Shown here: piece after piece, positions 50,663 through 63,103 of the stretch
Layout of the letters: each line of letters begins with the position of its first letter
How positions within the stretch are numbered: the stretch's first letter is position 1
Source: Eukaryota sp. TZLM1-RC
Lineage: Eukaryota > Protista > Metamonada: BaSk clade
Length of the DNA: 64,000 nt
Reading direction: 5' to 3'
Assembly (NCBI GenBank): GCA_040285825.1
Contig: JAUPSS010000009.1
Location: 496,001-560,000 of the forward strand
Program-made: the position numbers and the translations under genes
The notes under the pieces: generated by a model
Databases searched by the model: none
Told to the model about the DNA's origin: nothing
What the model saw: the letters and a program-made list of their open reading frames with translations, nothing else

Positions 50663-52947
50663 CTAACTGAAGTCCTCCTTTCTTTTCATTATAAATGAAC
50701 ATAATTCATTGGTTTCAGTGTATAAAGTTTTGTTGTAGGGCTCATACATGAAAACATCCTTTTTTTGCCCTTTTTGAATAATATTCCACGTTGTACACCC
50801 CTGATCTATAATTTCAAACTGAAACAAATCTTTCATTTCATTTCTCGAAAAATTTCTATCATCTGAATTCAAAAGATCAACAACAGCATTCGACAGGCTC
50901 TGCTTGAATTGATGCCGTTGAAAGATCTTTTCCTCAATAGTTCCAGTAGTAACCAACCTATATAGCTTTGTTTCTTTTGTTTGACCATAGCGATAAACCC
51001 GAGCCAAAGCTTGTGCATCATCTGAAGGATTGAAGCTAGAATCAATCAAAACTAAATGATTAGCAGCAACCAACGTGAGCCCAACACCTCCTGATTTTGA
51101 ACTCAATATGAACACATTATACGTTGAACTCTTGCTATTGAAATTAGAAACTATTTCATCTCTCTTATCGGAAGCCGTGGATCCGTCTAGCCGTAGAAAA
51201 GGAACTTCGATTTCGTTTAGCCCAAGTTCAACTAAATCCAAAGTGGATGTGAAATTTGAAACAAAAACTACTTTCTCTCCAACAGCGAGAGCAGTTTCTA
51301 AAATTCTCTTTATAACTGCAAATTTTGGTAATTCAAATAGTTGAATTGATTCCAGTTGCTTCTTGTCATCTTCTGAAAAAATTTCATTCATTGATCCTTC
51401 TAACAGTAATTTAGGGTGTGTAGAACATTTTCTAAGCGCCATTATAAGAGACAGTGGATCTGAGGACAATTCTGAATTATATTCCTTAAATGTCTCGATA
51501 AGCCCTGCATAGAATTCTAATTGTAAGGGTGAAGGACGTAAAAACAACACATATTCGCTTTTCTGTGGCAAAATTGCCTTTAAAACCTCAGAAGTTCTTC
51601 TGATAATGAATTTTTCCAATCTAGAAGTCAGAGCCGAACATCTGTCCGCCGCCAAAGAAAGCTCTGCAGAAGTTGCTGATGCATCTTGACCACGAGAAAT
51701 AACAGCTCCATAAACACGGTTGAAAGTGGAGGCATTACCTAATATTCCTGGATTAACAAAGTCAACAACAGCAAAGAATTCAGATAAATTATTTTGAACA
51801 GGAGTTCCAGTAATGACAATTCTCCTTTTGGTTCTTAAACTATTCAATAATTGATTTGTTTGAGAGTTACAGTTTTTCAAGCGATGACCTTCGTCACAGC
51901 AAATTAATCCAATGTCAGGACAGCTTTTGAGAGATTCATAAAGATCCTTTTGGCGAAGAGTTTCATAGGAAAGAATTAAGACAGAATTTCGGGTATTTTG
52001 GTAAAAATCATTCAAAACGGCTATTCGTTTTTCTTTCGACACAGTGGAGGTTAATATCAAAGGTTTCAACCGCTCTCTCCCGACCCATTTTAGAAATTCT
52101 TTCTCCCATGTTTTAATTAAAGACACTGGGACGAAAACCAGAACCTAGAGTAAGAGTGAATATTAAGAATACATAAATACCTTGCCTATGAGAGGAAGTT
52201 TTCTTCCAACACGATGAGTTAAAGTCCATATTAAACTGATCACTGACAAAGTTTTTCCTATAGTTAGAGAAAATACAATTGACAAACCAAGACCCATTTG
52301 ATCAGCAAGTATACAACCATAATAGTCGTTATCAAAGCCTCGGAGACAATCATACATAAACTGTATGGCGTCAAGTTGATGAGGCTTTAAAACCCTGCTC
52401 AAGAAAGAGTCTACTTGAGCAAGTTCAGGCCACACTGAAGCTACTTTGGACTTTGCTTTGGGAATGTGTGGTGCTTTAGACGTAATCCTGGTACCAGTTT
52501 CTTCAGTAAAAACACTCCCTGATCGCCATTCTTCCGGAGAAACGGGTTGCATGAGTTCAATGCTTTTGTTTGCAAACTCAACAAACTGACCTTCTTTCAT
52601 CTCTCGATCTGCTGCCTGAGATGAGCTGAATAGGCGGTAATCCACACTTTGAGAAACAATGTTTGTGAAGACAGCTTTTTATGCTCCATATCGTACAAAG
52701 TGAATACACGACCAACAATACTGAGAAGTCCATCACAGAGCTTCTTCTTATCCTTGCCTGTCATTTTCCTCCACATAACCCTCCAATACTCTGACTCAGA
52801 AGAATCTGATTTTAATGGTGTATTGACAGGCATGACTTTGTTGGATGTTTTGGGATTAGCGGGTAAGCAAGGGCCATTGACAGAAGGACGTTCAATTGGC
52901 TTGCGTTTCGTCTTTATCAAGGGAGAAATGAAAGCGTGTCTCTTCAT
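50663..52947 (-). CDS. RAD54B: RAD54B/Rdh54-like SNF2 ATPase; introns 52616-52647, 52258-52287, 52145-52180
   Basis: YWRVMWRK N-terminal motif, ILADQMGLGKT after splicing, CDEGHRLKN, TGTPVQNNL, LSSKSGGVGL, QALARVYRYGQ; three GT-AG introns of 32, 30 and 36 nt restore one frame. Confidence 0.88.
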
Positions 52948-53169
52948 GAGTGGAGATGCAGGGAAAGATTGATATTTTTGAGAGATTTAGATGGGCTTCT
53001 TGATTTCACATTATACATTTGAAATTGATTAGAATAATTTATTTCAATAATTGCGTTCATTTCTGGTACAAGACCATCAATTGATCGAGGAAAACATTCA
53101 CTCCATTTTCTGGGTGATTCCTTCTAACATTTTCTCAACTAATACACAACATGATACTATTTGTTTATA

Positions 53170-53325
53170 CAATAAAACAATCTTGAAAGCTTCGGAGGAA
53201 TTGATTTAGAAGAGATGAACAAATAGTGTCATTCTGATGTAGCACTCATTACATAAGAAGGAGTCAATTTAGCATACCTGAAGAGTAACTTCCTTTTCCA
53301 ACTTTTGTAATGACTACTGCCAAAT
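53170..53325. repeat. Second copy of the 39400-39558 repeat
   Basis: Direct nucleotide homology. Confidence 0.75.
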
Positions 53326-53419
53326 TTAAAGTGGCACAGTAAACAAATGAGAAAATCTATAATTATAGATTGGTAATTAATAATGATAATTACAAAATCA
53401 CAGTCTTTATAATTTTCAC

Positions 53420-55296
53420 CAGTGGTTAGAAGTGACTTCAATTATCAACATTCCCTATTTATCATTGCCATCTTTTGTTCCAAAAGTTTCATCAAAAAAA
53501 GGACTAAATTATGTTTTGTGTTACACAATTGACAAACTGATTGTGAATTTCAAAAAAAAACATCCAGGAGCATTACTTTGATAAATTGGATCGGTTTGTC
53601 GATGTTTTTTATGATGTTAAGAGAAACAACAATGTCCTGAAAAAGCAAAATAAGAAAAACTTATCATTCATCAACAAAAATAAATCTCTCCTTCTAGAAA
53701 GATGTAGAGATATTGATGAGAAACAAAGTTTCATCAATTAATTCGCTTTTCATTAATGACCGGACTTCTCTTACTTCCCAGTGATTGTAAAAGGGAAAAA
53801 TATTCAAAATTTGATTTTTCATCACAAAATCAAATTACTATTTGAGGGCAATGTTTTATATTAATAATTATTGAGAACATGAGGAGGGCAAACTCTTTCA
53901 TGCTCTGCCGTTGAAGAATTCTTGTATTCCCTCGTATATCAGAATTGACAAGAACTTGTTCATTGTCGAATTCAACGACGTCCTTGGTCAAAGGGCGGCC
54001 TACCAATGCAATAATCAAGCTGCTGATTTGGTTTTATGGTATACCTTCTTGAAAATGGATAAGATCAAAAACACTAAACTCTATTCAGAAAATTCCAAGT
54101 ACATCATGTCTAGTATCGAGACTGATGGAAAAGCAGTAAGTTTCATTCAATCTAGAATGGACTTGAAAAAGTACAAAGTAACTGCAAAAGAATTAAAAGA
54201 TAAAGAAAAATATATTGATGACCCCAACATCAATCCTTCTGAATTCCAAGATATGACCCTTGCTGCTACTGATCCAGGGAAATCTGATCTACTCTGTTTT
54301 TTGCCAATTTAGCTACTGGAATGACTCATTCAAAAAAACCTGAGAGAGATAAATATGTTCATTTCAGGTACACTCAAAATCAACGAAGATTTGAGTCGAA
54401 AAGTTGCAAATTCAAAAGAATAAGAGACAGCATACGGAATGACACTCTTATCACAATAAGTAACTCCACTGGTAGAGTGATTGATCTATCCAATTATGAA
54501 CCATCTGAAGAGCAGCAACAAAGGATGGATTTAAACAGCAGTATAATTAATCAAATGACGGAAAGAACAATTAGTTTATTAAGAGGTGAAGTACCTCAAG
54601 AAATCAATATTCCCCACGAAATTGATTACTCATTCAATTTGAGAAATGATGATCACACGACTAAATCTGTAGCAGAATGGGAAGCAACTTTATCCCAATT
54701 CAATTTCAAAAGCTGCAGGTTTGATAGATTTATGGCATATATTAAACAAAAGAATTTTGTGAATAGTATTGTTGGTGAAGTCTATCATCAAAAAATATTT
54801 AGGAAACGTAGATGGTGGGCTGTTTAATCGCACAAGATCTGAGGCGAAGATGATCCAGAGATTCAAATCAGTATCTGGTGATTCAGCTCAAGTACTTGCC
54901 GGAATCGGAGACTGGGAACAGCGAAAACACATGAAATTCAAAGAACCTACCAAAGGAAAAGGTTTGAGAATTCTATTTAAAAGGCTGGTCTTTTTGAATG
55001 ATGAATTTCGAAACCAGTTACTGTTGTCTCAACTGTAAAAAGCGGAGAAAACAGTTGAAACATTCCGATGGTGCAGAAGTCCTAGGCCATGGAAGAGGCA
55101 TGAGATGTCTATTCGTCACGGGCTTTCCATGTGTAAATCATGTGAATGTTTGTGGAATAGAAATCGAAATGGTTGTTGAATATGTTGGCAGTGATGGAAG
55201 TACATGCAAATGGTGAAGATAGACCGGAATACCGGCAGAGATCCAAGGTTGATGAAGGTTCACAGAAGAAGGCCTTAAAAAAGGAGAAAATATAAA
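53420..55296 (+). mobile_element. Fanzor-like nuclease pseudogene, lineage Z
   Basis: PLKNSCIPSYIRID, IETDGKAVS, ATDPGKSDL (RuvC-I), YTQNQRR, GIGDWE..HMKFKEPTKGKG, DEFR, CLNC, HG..C..C..WNR; 5' boundary approximate. Confidence 0.85.
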
Positions 55297-55335
55297 AAGG
55301 ACACTTATTCCATTGTTATAGACATTATCTGAACC

Positions 55336-57549
55336 TAAGTTACCGAGTGCGACCTCGGCATCGCACTCACTTTGATTAAGACTATTCTGTGTGAAAAAAC
55401 GTTTACATTGTTGTGTTGTTCATATTCATATGAGGTTTACGTCGTATCCAAAACAATTTTTACAGTAATTTTAACACTAATTCAAAAAAATACTATCACT
55501 TATACTATCAAAACAATCACGAGAACAATCAAGTTCACGACAATGAAACACAACAGTTTCTTCTTCAATCACATCAGCTTCAACAAACATCTTTTCAACT
55601 TGAATTTCCGCTGCCAAAAACTGTTCAGCTGACAAGAACTCAACTGGCTGATGCTCCTCATTGTCATCTACTTGGTTTTCTTGTTGTAATTCTATGAAAT
55701 AGTGGTCTTTCAGGCTAAAAATGGGATTAGGCTCATTGGGAGTGTTCAAAGCGTTGACTAGAGACTCATTGCTTTTACAGAAGACGATTTTTCTGTCCGT
55801 TTTACATGCATTCTTGACCGTTTTTTTGTATGAATACCCTCATAAACACTCCAATTTCGTTCACAAGCAGACGCTGATAACACCTGCGCAAGGACTCTTA
55901 CAGCAAATTGTTGCAACAATGGAGTCTTGGAACCATAAACCATCCACCATTTGTAGGCAGGCATTTTCTGTACTGCTGCAAGAACTTAAAAAATCATTTG
56001 TTGTTTGACTTAGTTCAGATAAAATTTGTTGAGTTGCATTCCAAATGCGACCTGTGGTTGGAGCATCTTGGTCAACAAATCGCAGCAACTTAATAAAAGG
56101 ATAAAACAACTGGAGACAACAGGAACAATTTTGCCAAAAGGAGTTATCATCTTGCAACACAAGTTCTCGTATCCACATGGCTTGATCTTTGAGTTTTAAA
56201 GGCTTGTTCATGAGCCAATGCTTCCAAGACTCGCTGATTACAGTCGATTGAACTGCATCTTTGACTCTTACCAATCTCTCCAGCATTATGAAATTGGTAG
56301 CAAACCTTGTCTCACCAGGGCTCAAGAGAACAAGATCATTAGAATAATTTGGAAAAGTGTAATTTGAAATAGGGTGATTTCTGATGAAAAACACCACTTT
56401 GAAAGTAAAAGATAACAGGTTTTAAATGAAATCTTGTTTTGAAATCCAAAAAATGGTGAGATCAACATGATGTACTGCACAGCCTGCAAAAGAGACTCTT
56501 GGCAGAACTGGTGCCAATTTTTTAAAGGCTTCTGTGCAAGCTGGAGCATTGTCCATAATCATGTTAACAATGTGAGAAGTATCAATGACAGGCCCTAACT
56601 GTTTTGAGTCTGGTAAAGAAAGATGATTCATGATGGCGTCAGCGATAAAGACCCCAGATTTTTCAGATCCTGAAGTATCAATTGTACCTATAAACATGAC
56701 CTACTGCCCTTTGGGGCAGTACTTAACAAATGGATGAGCGGACGCTTTCTACGATTGTTTCCATCCATCAGAAACTATAGTTGTACCACTTCTTGTAAAA
56801 GAATCGACAAATGTCTGCAGTTTTTTCGAAATATCTTCAACCAGACTTGACAATAGATGGGTCGAAACACTATCAACAGTGTAAGGTATAAAGACGAGTC
56901 TGTTTTGTTGATGGCACTGACCATATGCTTAAAGGCCGGTTTTCGAACAATAGAGAGTGGCAAGTTACTGGATACAATGAGTTTCATTATGGATTCATCT
57001 GCGGTCCTATGTCGTTGGACACTTGTAGCTCTGTATAAGGTAGTTTGTTTGGTTCTTTTCTTCACCGCTGGTTCCTCGTGGGACATTGTGAACCGTTTTT
57101 GTGACTTCCTGTTCTTTTTGTCTGTCAGTTTCGCTTTAAGTTAACCCAGAAGATTAGCGGGTGGATTAGGACATTTTTTAATCTGATAAGAATCTGATAT
57201 ATGTAGTTCAAGATGGGATTTAGAAGCAGTAAAGGTATGTTGACAGCTTTTGCTACGTTCCATGACGTGGACTTCCTTTGTCGTTTCTGGTGGGATGGCT
57301 TACTACATCATAGCAGTCCAATATGTCCAACTCCGGAGAGGAGTCTATTTGTTGAATGTTACTCATTTGTGGTGGAGAGTGAACAATGGTGTTGGTGGAT
57401 GAGAAGAATTAATGTACTATTCTACTACTATTTTTATACATTGTGCTCTCTAATACTGACATTAATAATTAATATTATTAATTTAATAATAATAGTAAAA
57501 ATTAATTCGAAAAATCGTCGCACTCAAAATCGTCGCACTCAGTACCCTA
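55336..57549 (-). mobile_element. hAT DNA transposon with degenerate transposase and imperfect TIRs
   Basis: BED-finger remnant, SDGW, MDNA, CAVH, TRF, WW...SASACERNWS dimerisation motif; TIRs taagttaccgagtgcgac / gtcgcactcagtacccta; subterminal tcgcactc repeats. Confidence 0.9.
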
Positions 57550-58521
57550 GTCTGTAACTAATGGATTTTCTTGATTTTCGTCAGTTGTATCAAATCAATT
57601 TTCAATAAGTAAGCGTCTGACCACACTTCGCAAATCATTTTCTTGATATTTATGAACTGATACAACATTGAGCAATACCTATGTCGCCATATGTAATTGG
57701 TTATTGCTTCACAATTTCACCTACAAAGGGAGGCTATATAGAAGTCAAAGGCCTCTTTGTTTTGGAACATTAAGCAACTCTATTTTTTTGTGATTAGTGA
57801 ATGTGAAAGTAGGGCACCTTTTGGTTTTTATTGTACTGTGGATTGGTAATAGCCTTTCTAACATGAAAACTGGGGAAAAATACGACAATTATCACAATGA
57901 CCAAGCATGTTTTGGGTTGGCTGACTTTGAAGTTCAAAATCACCCTTTTCCTCCTGTGAAGTGATATCAGATTTCTTGACCAATAATATCCAAGAGCTTC
58001 TGTTGTTTGAGTCTAAAACCATTTTTTGCAGCCATAGTGCTTGAAAAAGAAAAGATAATGTATTTAAGTAATTCAATTCATAATAATACTAAAATTCCCT
58101 CAAGGTCCTTTTTGGGAAGGGAAACCCATGTGGATATCTTGAGTTCTTGAATTGGACTAGCTCACCAGCAAGCTTGCTACACCTAATGGTAAAAGACGGT
58201 GTAAGTGTGAAAAAGAGAAATCTTACGTGGAAAGACAAAAGATTTCATATTGCTTTTACTAGGACCGGAGGTGTAAAATTTTTGGCACTGTTCTCAAGCA
58301 AGCTTTTCCCTATCCTCTAAGCAAAATTCCTAGTGCTATTGTCCAATAGTGAAGGGCAAAAAAATAATCAGGGTAGTATTGTTGATCAATTTAGTAAAGA
58401 GTATTAAGAAAACACACACACTGGAGGTACCCTATGACTGGAAAGAACAGTTTTGTTGAGTTGAGAAGGTGGAGGATCCAGTAAATTTGAAAATTTGATT
58501 GATTTTCAAGACATTATTATT

Positions 58522-60068
58522 ATGCAACATAATGCACCTTTGAATAAGTATCGCGCCATTTCTCCTGCGTATGATTCAATTCTTCTGACATCAGTTGTGA
58601 CAGACTTACCAGACCTATTGGATATGAACGTACTAAGAGGGAAATAGAAAGACGCACTGTTCGTCATACAACTTCATTGTCTTCCATCTGCTCTAAGGGG
58701 ATTGTACATCGCAGCAAGCTGATAGACCAGTCTTTGTCCAATGAAAGTCTTATCGAAACACTGTATGTGATCAATCGACTCTTTAATATCAGAGCTCGTA
58801 AACGCAAGGCTTCTATTGTAGACCTCCCTACAAAAAGAGGCAATAGCTCTCACTTTCATCACTACAAACCACAGTACTGTTTATTTGTTGACGATATCTT
58901 CCCACATGACACTGAAATCCTCGTCCATGTTTCTCAAAATAGTACCAAACATCCGATAGATTTTAAGAACACATCCAAATTTGAATGGAGTGACCAGTTC
59001 AAATTGTTTGTATCCAAAACTCATCTTCCAGAAGGAAAGGTTTATCTCTACTTCTTCGTCAATAAGCAGCCCTACATTAATGAATTGTATTACTCAACTG
59101 TAGCAGCAGATGGTGTCACTGCTAATATTGTCAATGCTAAACATATGCCAACTTTCTCCAAACGTAGCTCTTTCGGTGCACATCACAATATTGAACCTAC
59201 AAAACGAAAGTTATATACTATTCGGAACAAGGCACCAAGCCTATTATTGAAGCGTTCAAGAGCATTACAACCTATAGATTCATTAAATCATTGTCAAACC
59301 AATGAGCTGTCCTGGTTACAGGGTCTGTCAAAAAGAATGATGAAGGAATATGGAGTTCAGATCAACTTACATGATTGTGCACTGTCAAATCAAAATCCTA
59401 GATTAAGAAGGTTATTATCCGACGAAAGACTGTCACTAGACGATCTCTGCAGGGATAATCTCTGTAGGGAAACTTTTCAAGAGTATTTATGCCATATCTT
59501 GCTGTGGGAATGTGATTGCAAAATATATGGTGGCTATGTCCGAGACTGGGTAGTTGGGAACCAAACTGCCAATGATATTGATTGTACATGTCCAACGACT
59601 GATGTTAAAGCGACGATTGCTCAGTTTCTTAAGAGTATTCAAAAATCCAGGTTCACGTGTGAGAAAATCAGTGTGAAGAGAGTCAATGCTCTGTGTCAAC
59701 GGCTTAAATTCAAAGTTGGAAATTATGACATGGAGGTCGACTTTACTGCTCCTGGAGCTTCTCGAAAAATTGAAGGGGCGTCTCCTCCTTTTGTAGAAGC
59801 AGATGTTTCCAATCTCCAACTGTGCCGAACTAATTATTTGTCATTTAAAGAACCTGATGCTTCTTGGAACACAGACCTTTCAACAGTCATTTCCCATGTA
59901 ATGAACCAAGAATTTGTATTTTACTACAATTTAGAAAAAAATCCCAATCAGCTATATAGACTTGAAAGACGCTTAAAGAAAGGCTGGGTTTGTCTATCTA
60001 AGATACCAGCTTCGTATCTGCATGTTTTCGATGGGAGAAGCCATCTGTATCAACCAAGGTATGAGTAG
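58522..60068 (+). CDS. Short paralogue: CBM48/Ig-like domain + class II nucleotidyltransferase; intron 58569-58594
   Basis: ATG 58522 joins ORF 58677 in frame via the 26-nt GTATGA...CTGACATCAG intron; LFVD..FP.DTEILVH shared with the 14722 gene; GGYVRDW..NDID domain near-identical to 7512-8170. Confidence 0.82.
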
Positions 60069-60484
60069 CAGGCCTTGTGTTTATTTTTAAAAGTATGTGA
60101 ATAAACCAATAAATATTGTATAATAAATTTTCTTTTATCAAAAATTGAATTTCATTGTGGTGAATGATATCAGCAAAAAATGTTCCATAATTAATTACTC
60201 GGTGTCGTAAAATTAAGATTAAAAATGGCACAAGACTTGAATCTAAACGACAAAAGAAAAAAAACAAGAGGAAGGAACAGCGATTTTATAACCAATTTAT
60301 AAATTACAAAATGTAAAACGACAAAACTAAGTTTAAAAAAACCATAAACTAAATAACAATTAATTTTGAGTAATAAAGCCAAATTCAAATCCTTTCAGCT
60401 CCCTTTTGGAACATAGACTGAAGAAACACATTCTTAATACCGAAACTTGTGCAGCTTAAGACAAGGATATTTATTTTCAACGCT

Positions 60485-61425
60485 AACAAAACATTAAACA
60501 AAAAACTAGAACTCAATATCCTCAATACACGCATCAACATCATCAAATCTTTTAAGCGCGCGATTTTCATTTTCTATTCCTAATTGTAACAGTGCTTTGG
60601 TCAACATTTCTGGAATTGCTTTAAGAATACTGAAAAGAATTCTATTGTGCCAGAAATTGAAGTTCAATTCTTTTCCTGCTCTTTCTTTTATTAAACTTCT
60701 GAAACCTTCAAGAAATTTAATGCCAGATATTCGAATGTTACCAAAAAGAGAAACAGCAAATGGAACCAACTGATACTTGACATGCTCAACACGTCCTAGC
60801 TGAGATAAGGGTTCATTGTACTTTTTGATTTTGCTCTTTTCAGCAAAGCAAAGTGGCGTTTCATCTCTTTTAGCAAAATCAATTGCTGAATCCTTACAAA
60901 CATCAACAGTGACAACATCAACAACTTTTATTACACCATCAGACCCAGGGGTAATTAAATCAGCACGGCGTTTCCCAAAAGTATTTTCATCTTCATTTTT
61001 AGGTGACAACCGACGCACAAGTGGTTCAACAAAAGCTTCAATGTGATGACTTTTGCACATAGCGTATAGTTGGTCTCTAACAGCATCGTGAACAACTGAG
61101 CGATATGTAATATTAAATTTGCAATTAAATAAATGATTCAGATTAATGAGCTGACCACAACGACAAATCAAATCATTTGGCACACTACATGGCCACAGAA
61201 AACACCTCATCCTGAAGGCAGTTGTCCATTGATGATCATTTAATAATAGACCATATACATTTGGAATCTGGGAAATAAGACAACTTGAGCTACTATCCTT
61301 AAGGTCAATTAAAAAGTTTGCAAAAACGGGATCTTTTCTTTAGCCAAGCTAAGACGAACAGTGAAATCCAAGTTTTCAAAAACTTTTAATATCCTTTTCT
61401 GCAATTTAGCATATGCAAATTTCAA
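60485..61425 (-). mobile_element. 3' fragment of non-LTR family A with intact CCHC/RLE reading frame
   Basis: CRCG..HLFNC, VHDAVRD, RRADL..DV, KIKKY, CIEDIEF*. Confidence 0.88.
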
Positions 61426-61724
61426 GACAAGGATCGTCAGCTCATAAAGACAACCCAATGAAGCAGAATATTACGATCACTACCATGCCTTGAAACACTT
61501 AACATTTCTATGATCTCGTCCACAATTTGTGAATAATGCAAAAGTGTCATGTCATCAGAGGAGAGGATACAGTTTCTATTCTAAGAGAATTGCGTCGACT
61601 TTCTAAAAAATACAGTCTAAAAATCAGTGTCTTCAAAACAAGTTTAAACACCATCAAACCGTACAACAGCAAGGTTTTCGTAATGTGCAGTGACAGACAT
61701 CAGAGCTTTCGTAATCATTTTAGG

Positions 61725-62500
61725 AATTGCTTAGAAAATAGTAAAAACAATACGATACAACGACAAAAGGCGATCAAAAGACTTATTCATTTTTCTTTTA
61801 GCAAGATTTTCAAAATCATCAATAGAATTCATTGCAGTTTTTCCAAGACGTCCATACAAAGAAATACCAAATGGGCAAATTTGGTAATCCACATGGTGAA
61901 CATATTTCAATTCTTTCAAAAAATTTGCATATATTTTTTTCCGTTTGTATCAAGAGAAGATTTTTCGGATTGTACATTGCTCAAAACATTTTTCTTGCAA
62001 GCATCTACTGTTATAACATCAATAACATTCAAAACATTTTCAAATGATTTAACAACATCATCATCACGTCGTTTTCCATATTTGGAATCTCTTTAATTTT
62101 CATTTATATAAAAAAACCTCAACAACGGTTTTACAAATGATTCAATATGATAGGAATTGCAATGGCATAGATTTGATTTCTGACAGCGTCATGCAAAGTG
62201 GAACGATTAGCAATAAGTCTGTTGCAATTTAACAAATGTGACAATGTTAATCCAGTTCCACATTTGCACAACAGATCATGAGGCAAATTACAGGGCCATA
62301 GATAACAGAAATTCGTCGTTATTTAAAAACAAAAGTCGGGGGAATTTGGTTCAGCGAACCTGCAGATGAGCTGTCCTTTAAAACAATCACAAATTTTGCA
62401 AAAGCAAGACTTTCTTGCATAGCCGTGCTAAGTCGAACAATAAAATTATAACATTCAAATTTTTTCAAAAGAGGTTTTTGAATTGTTTCAGTCGAAATTT
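61725..62500 (-). mobile_element. Degraded 3' fragment of another RLE non-LTR family
   Basis: CKCG..HLLNC, LHDAVRNQ, CPFGISLYGRLG. Confidence 0.7.
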
Positions 62501-62519
62501 CAATGAAAAAAAACTTCTT

Positions 62520-63103
62520 TCTGCATAGTGTTATTGGGCAAGTCTATCATCAAAACAATATTTAGGAAACTTAGATGGTGGATTGAGATCTCAGGCTAAG
62601 ATGATCCACCAATTCAAACCAGGAATTCAGGAATCCAGGCCAAGTTGTTATCGGAATTGCAGATCAGGAACAACGAAACACATGAAATTCAAAAACCTAC
62701 CAAAGAAAAAGGTTTGAGAATTTTGTTTAAAAAGACTGGTTATAAAGTCTTTTTAATTGATGAGTTTCGAACCATTTGCTGTTGTCTCAACTGCAAGAAA
62801 GCGGAGAAAACAGTAGAAACAGTCCGATGGTGCAGAAATCCAAGGCCAGAAAAGAGGCATGAGATGTGTAATCGTCACGGGTTAAACACGTGTACATCAT
62901 GCGAAAGTTTATGGAACAGAGATCGAAATGCTTCGCTGAATACATTGGCAGTGATGAAATTACATGTAAAAGGTGGAGATAGATTTGGAATCTTTGTAGA
63001 GAGTCAAGGTTCACAAAGGTTCAATGAAAAAGGATTCAAGAAGAAAATCTTCCTGGAATTTTCTTGTGGAGTGCATACTGTGCTTTGCACCCCAGGCCCT
63101 TAG
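62520..63103 (+). mobile_element. 3' fragment of Fanzor lineage Z
   Basis: PTKEKGLRILFKK.GYKVFLIDEFRT, CLNC, HGL.TC..CESLWNRDRNASLN; nucleotide homology to 54765-55290. Confidence 0.85.
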
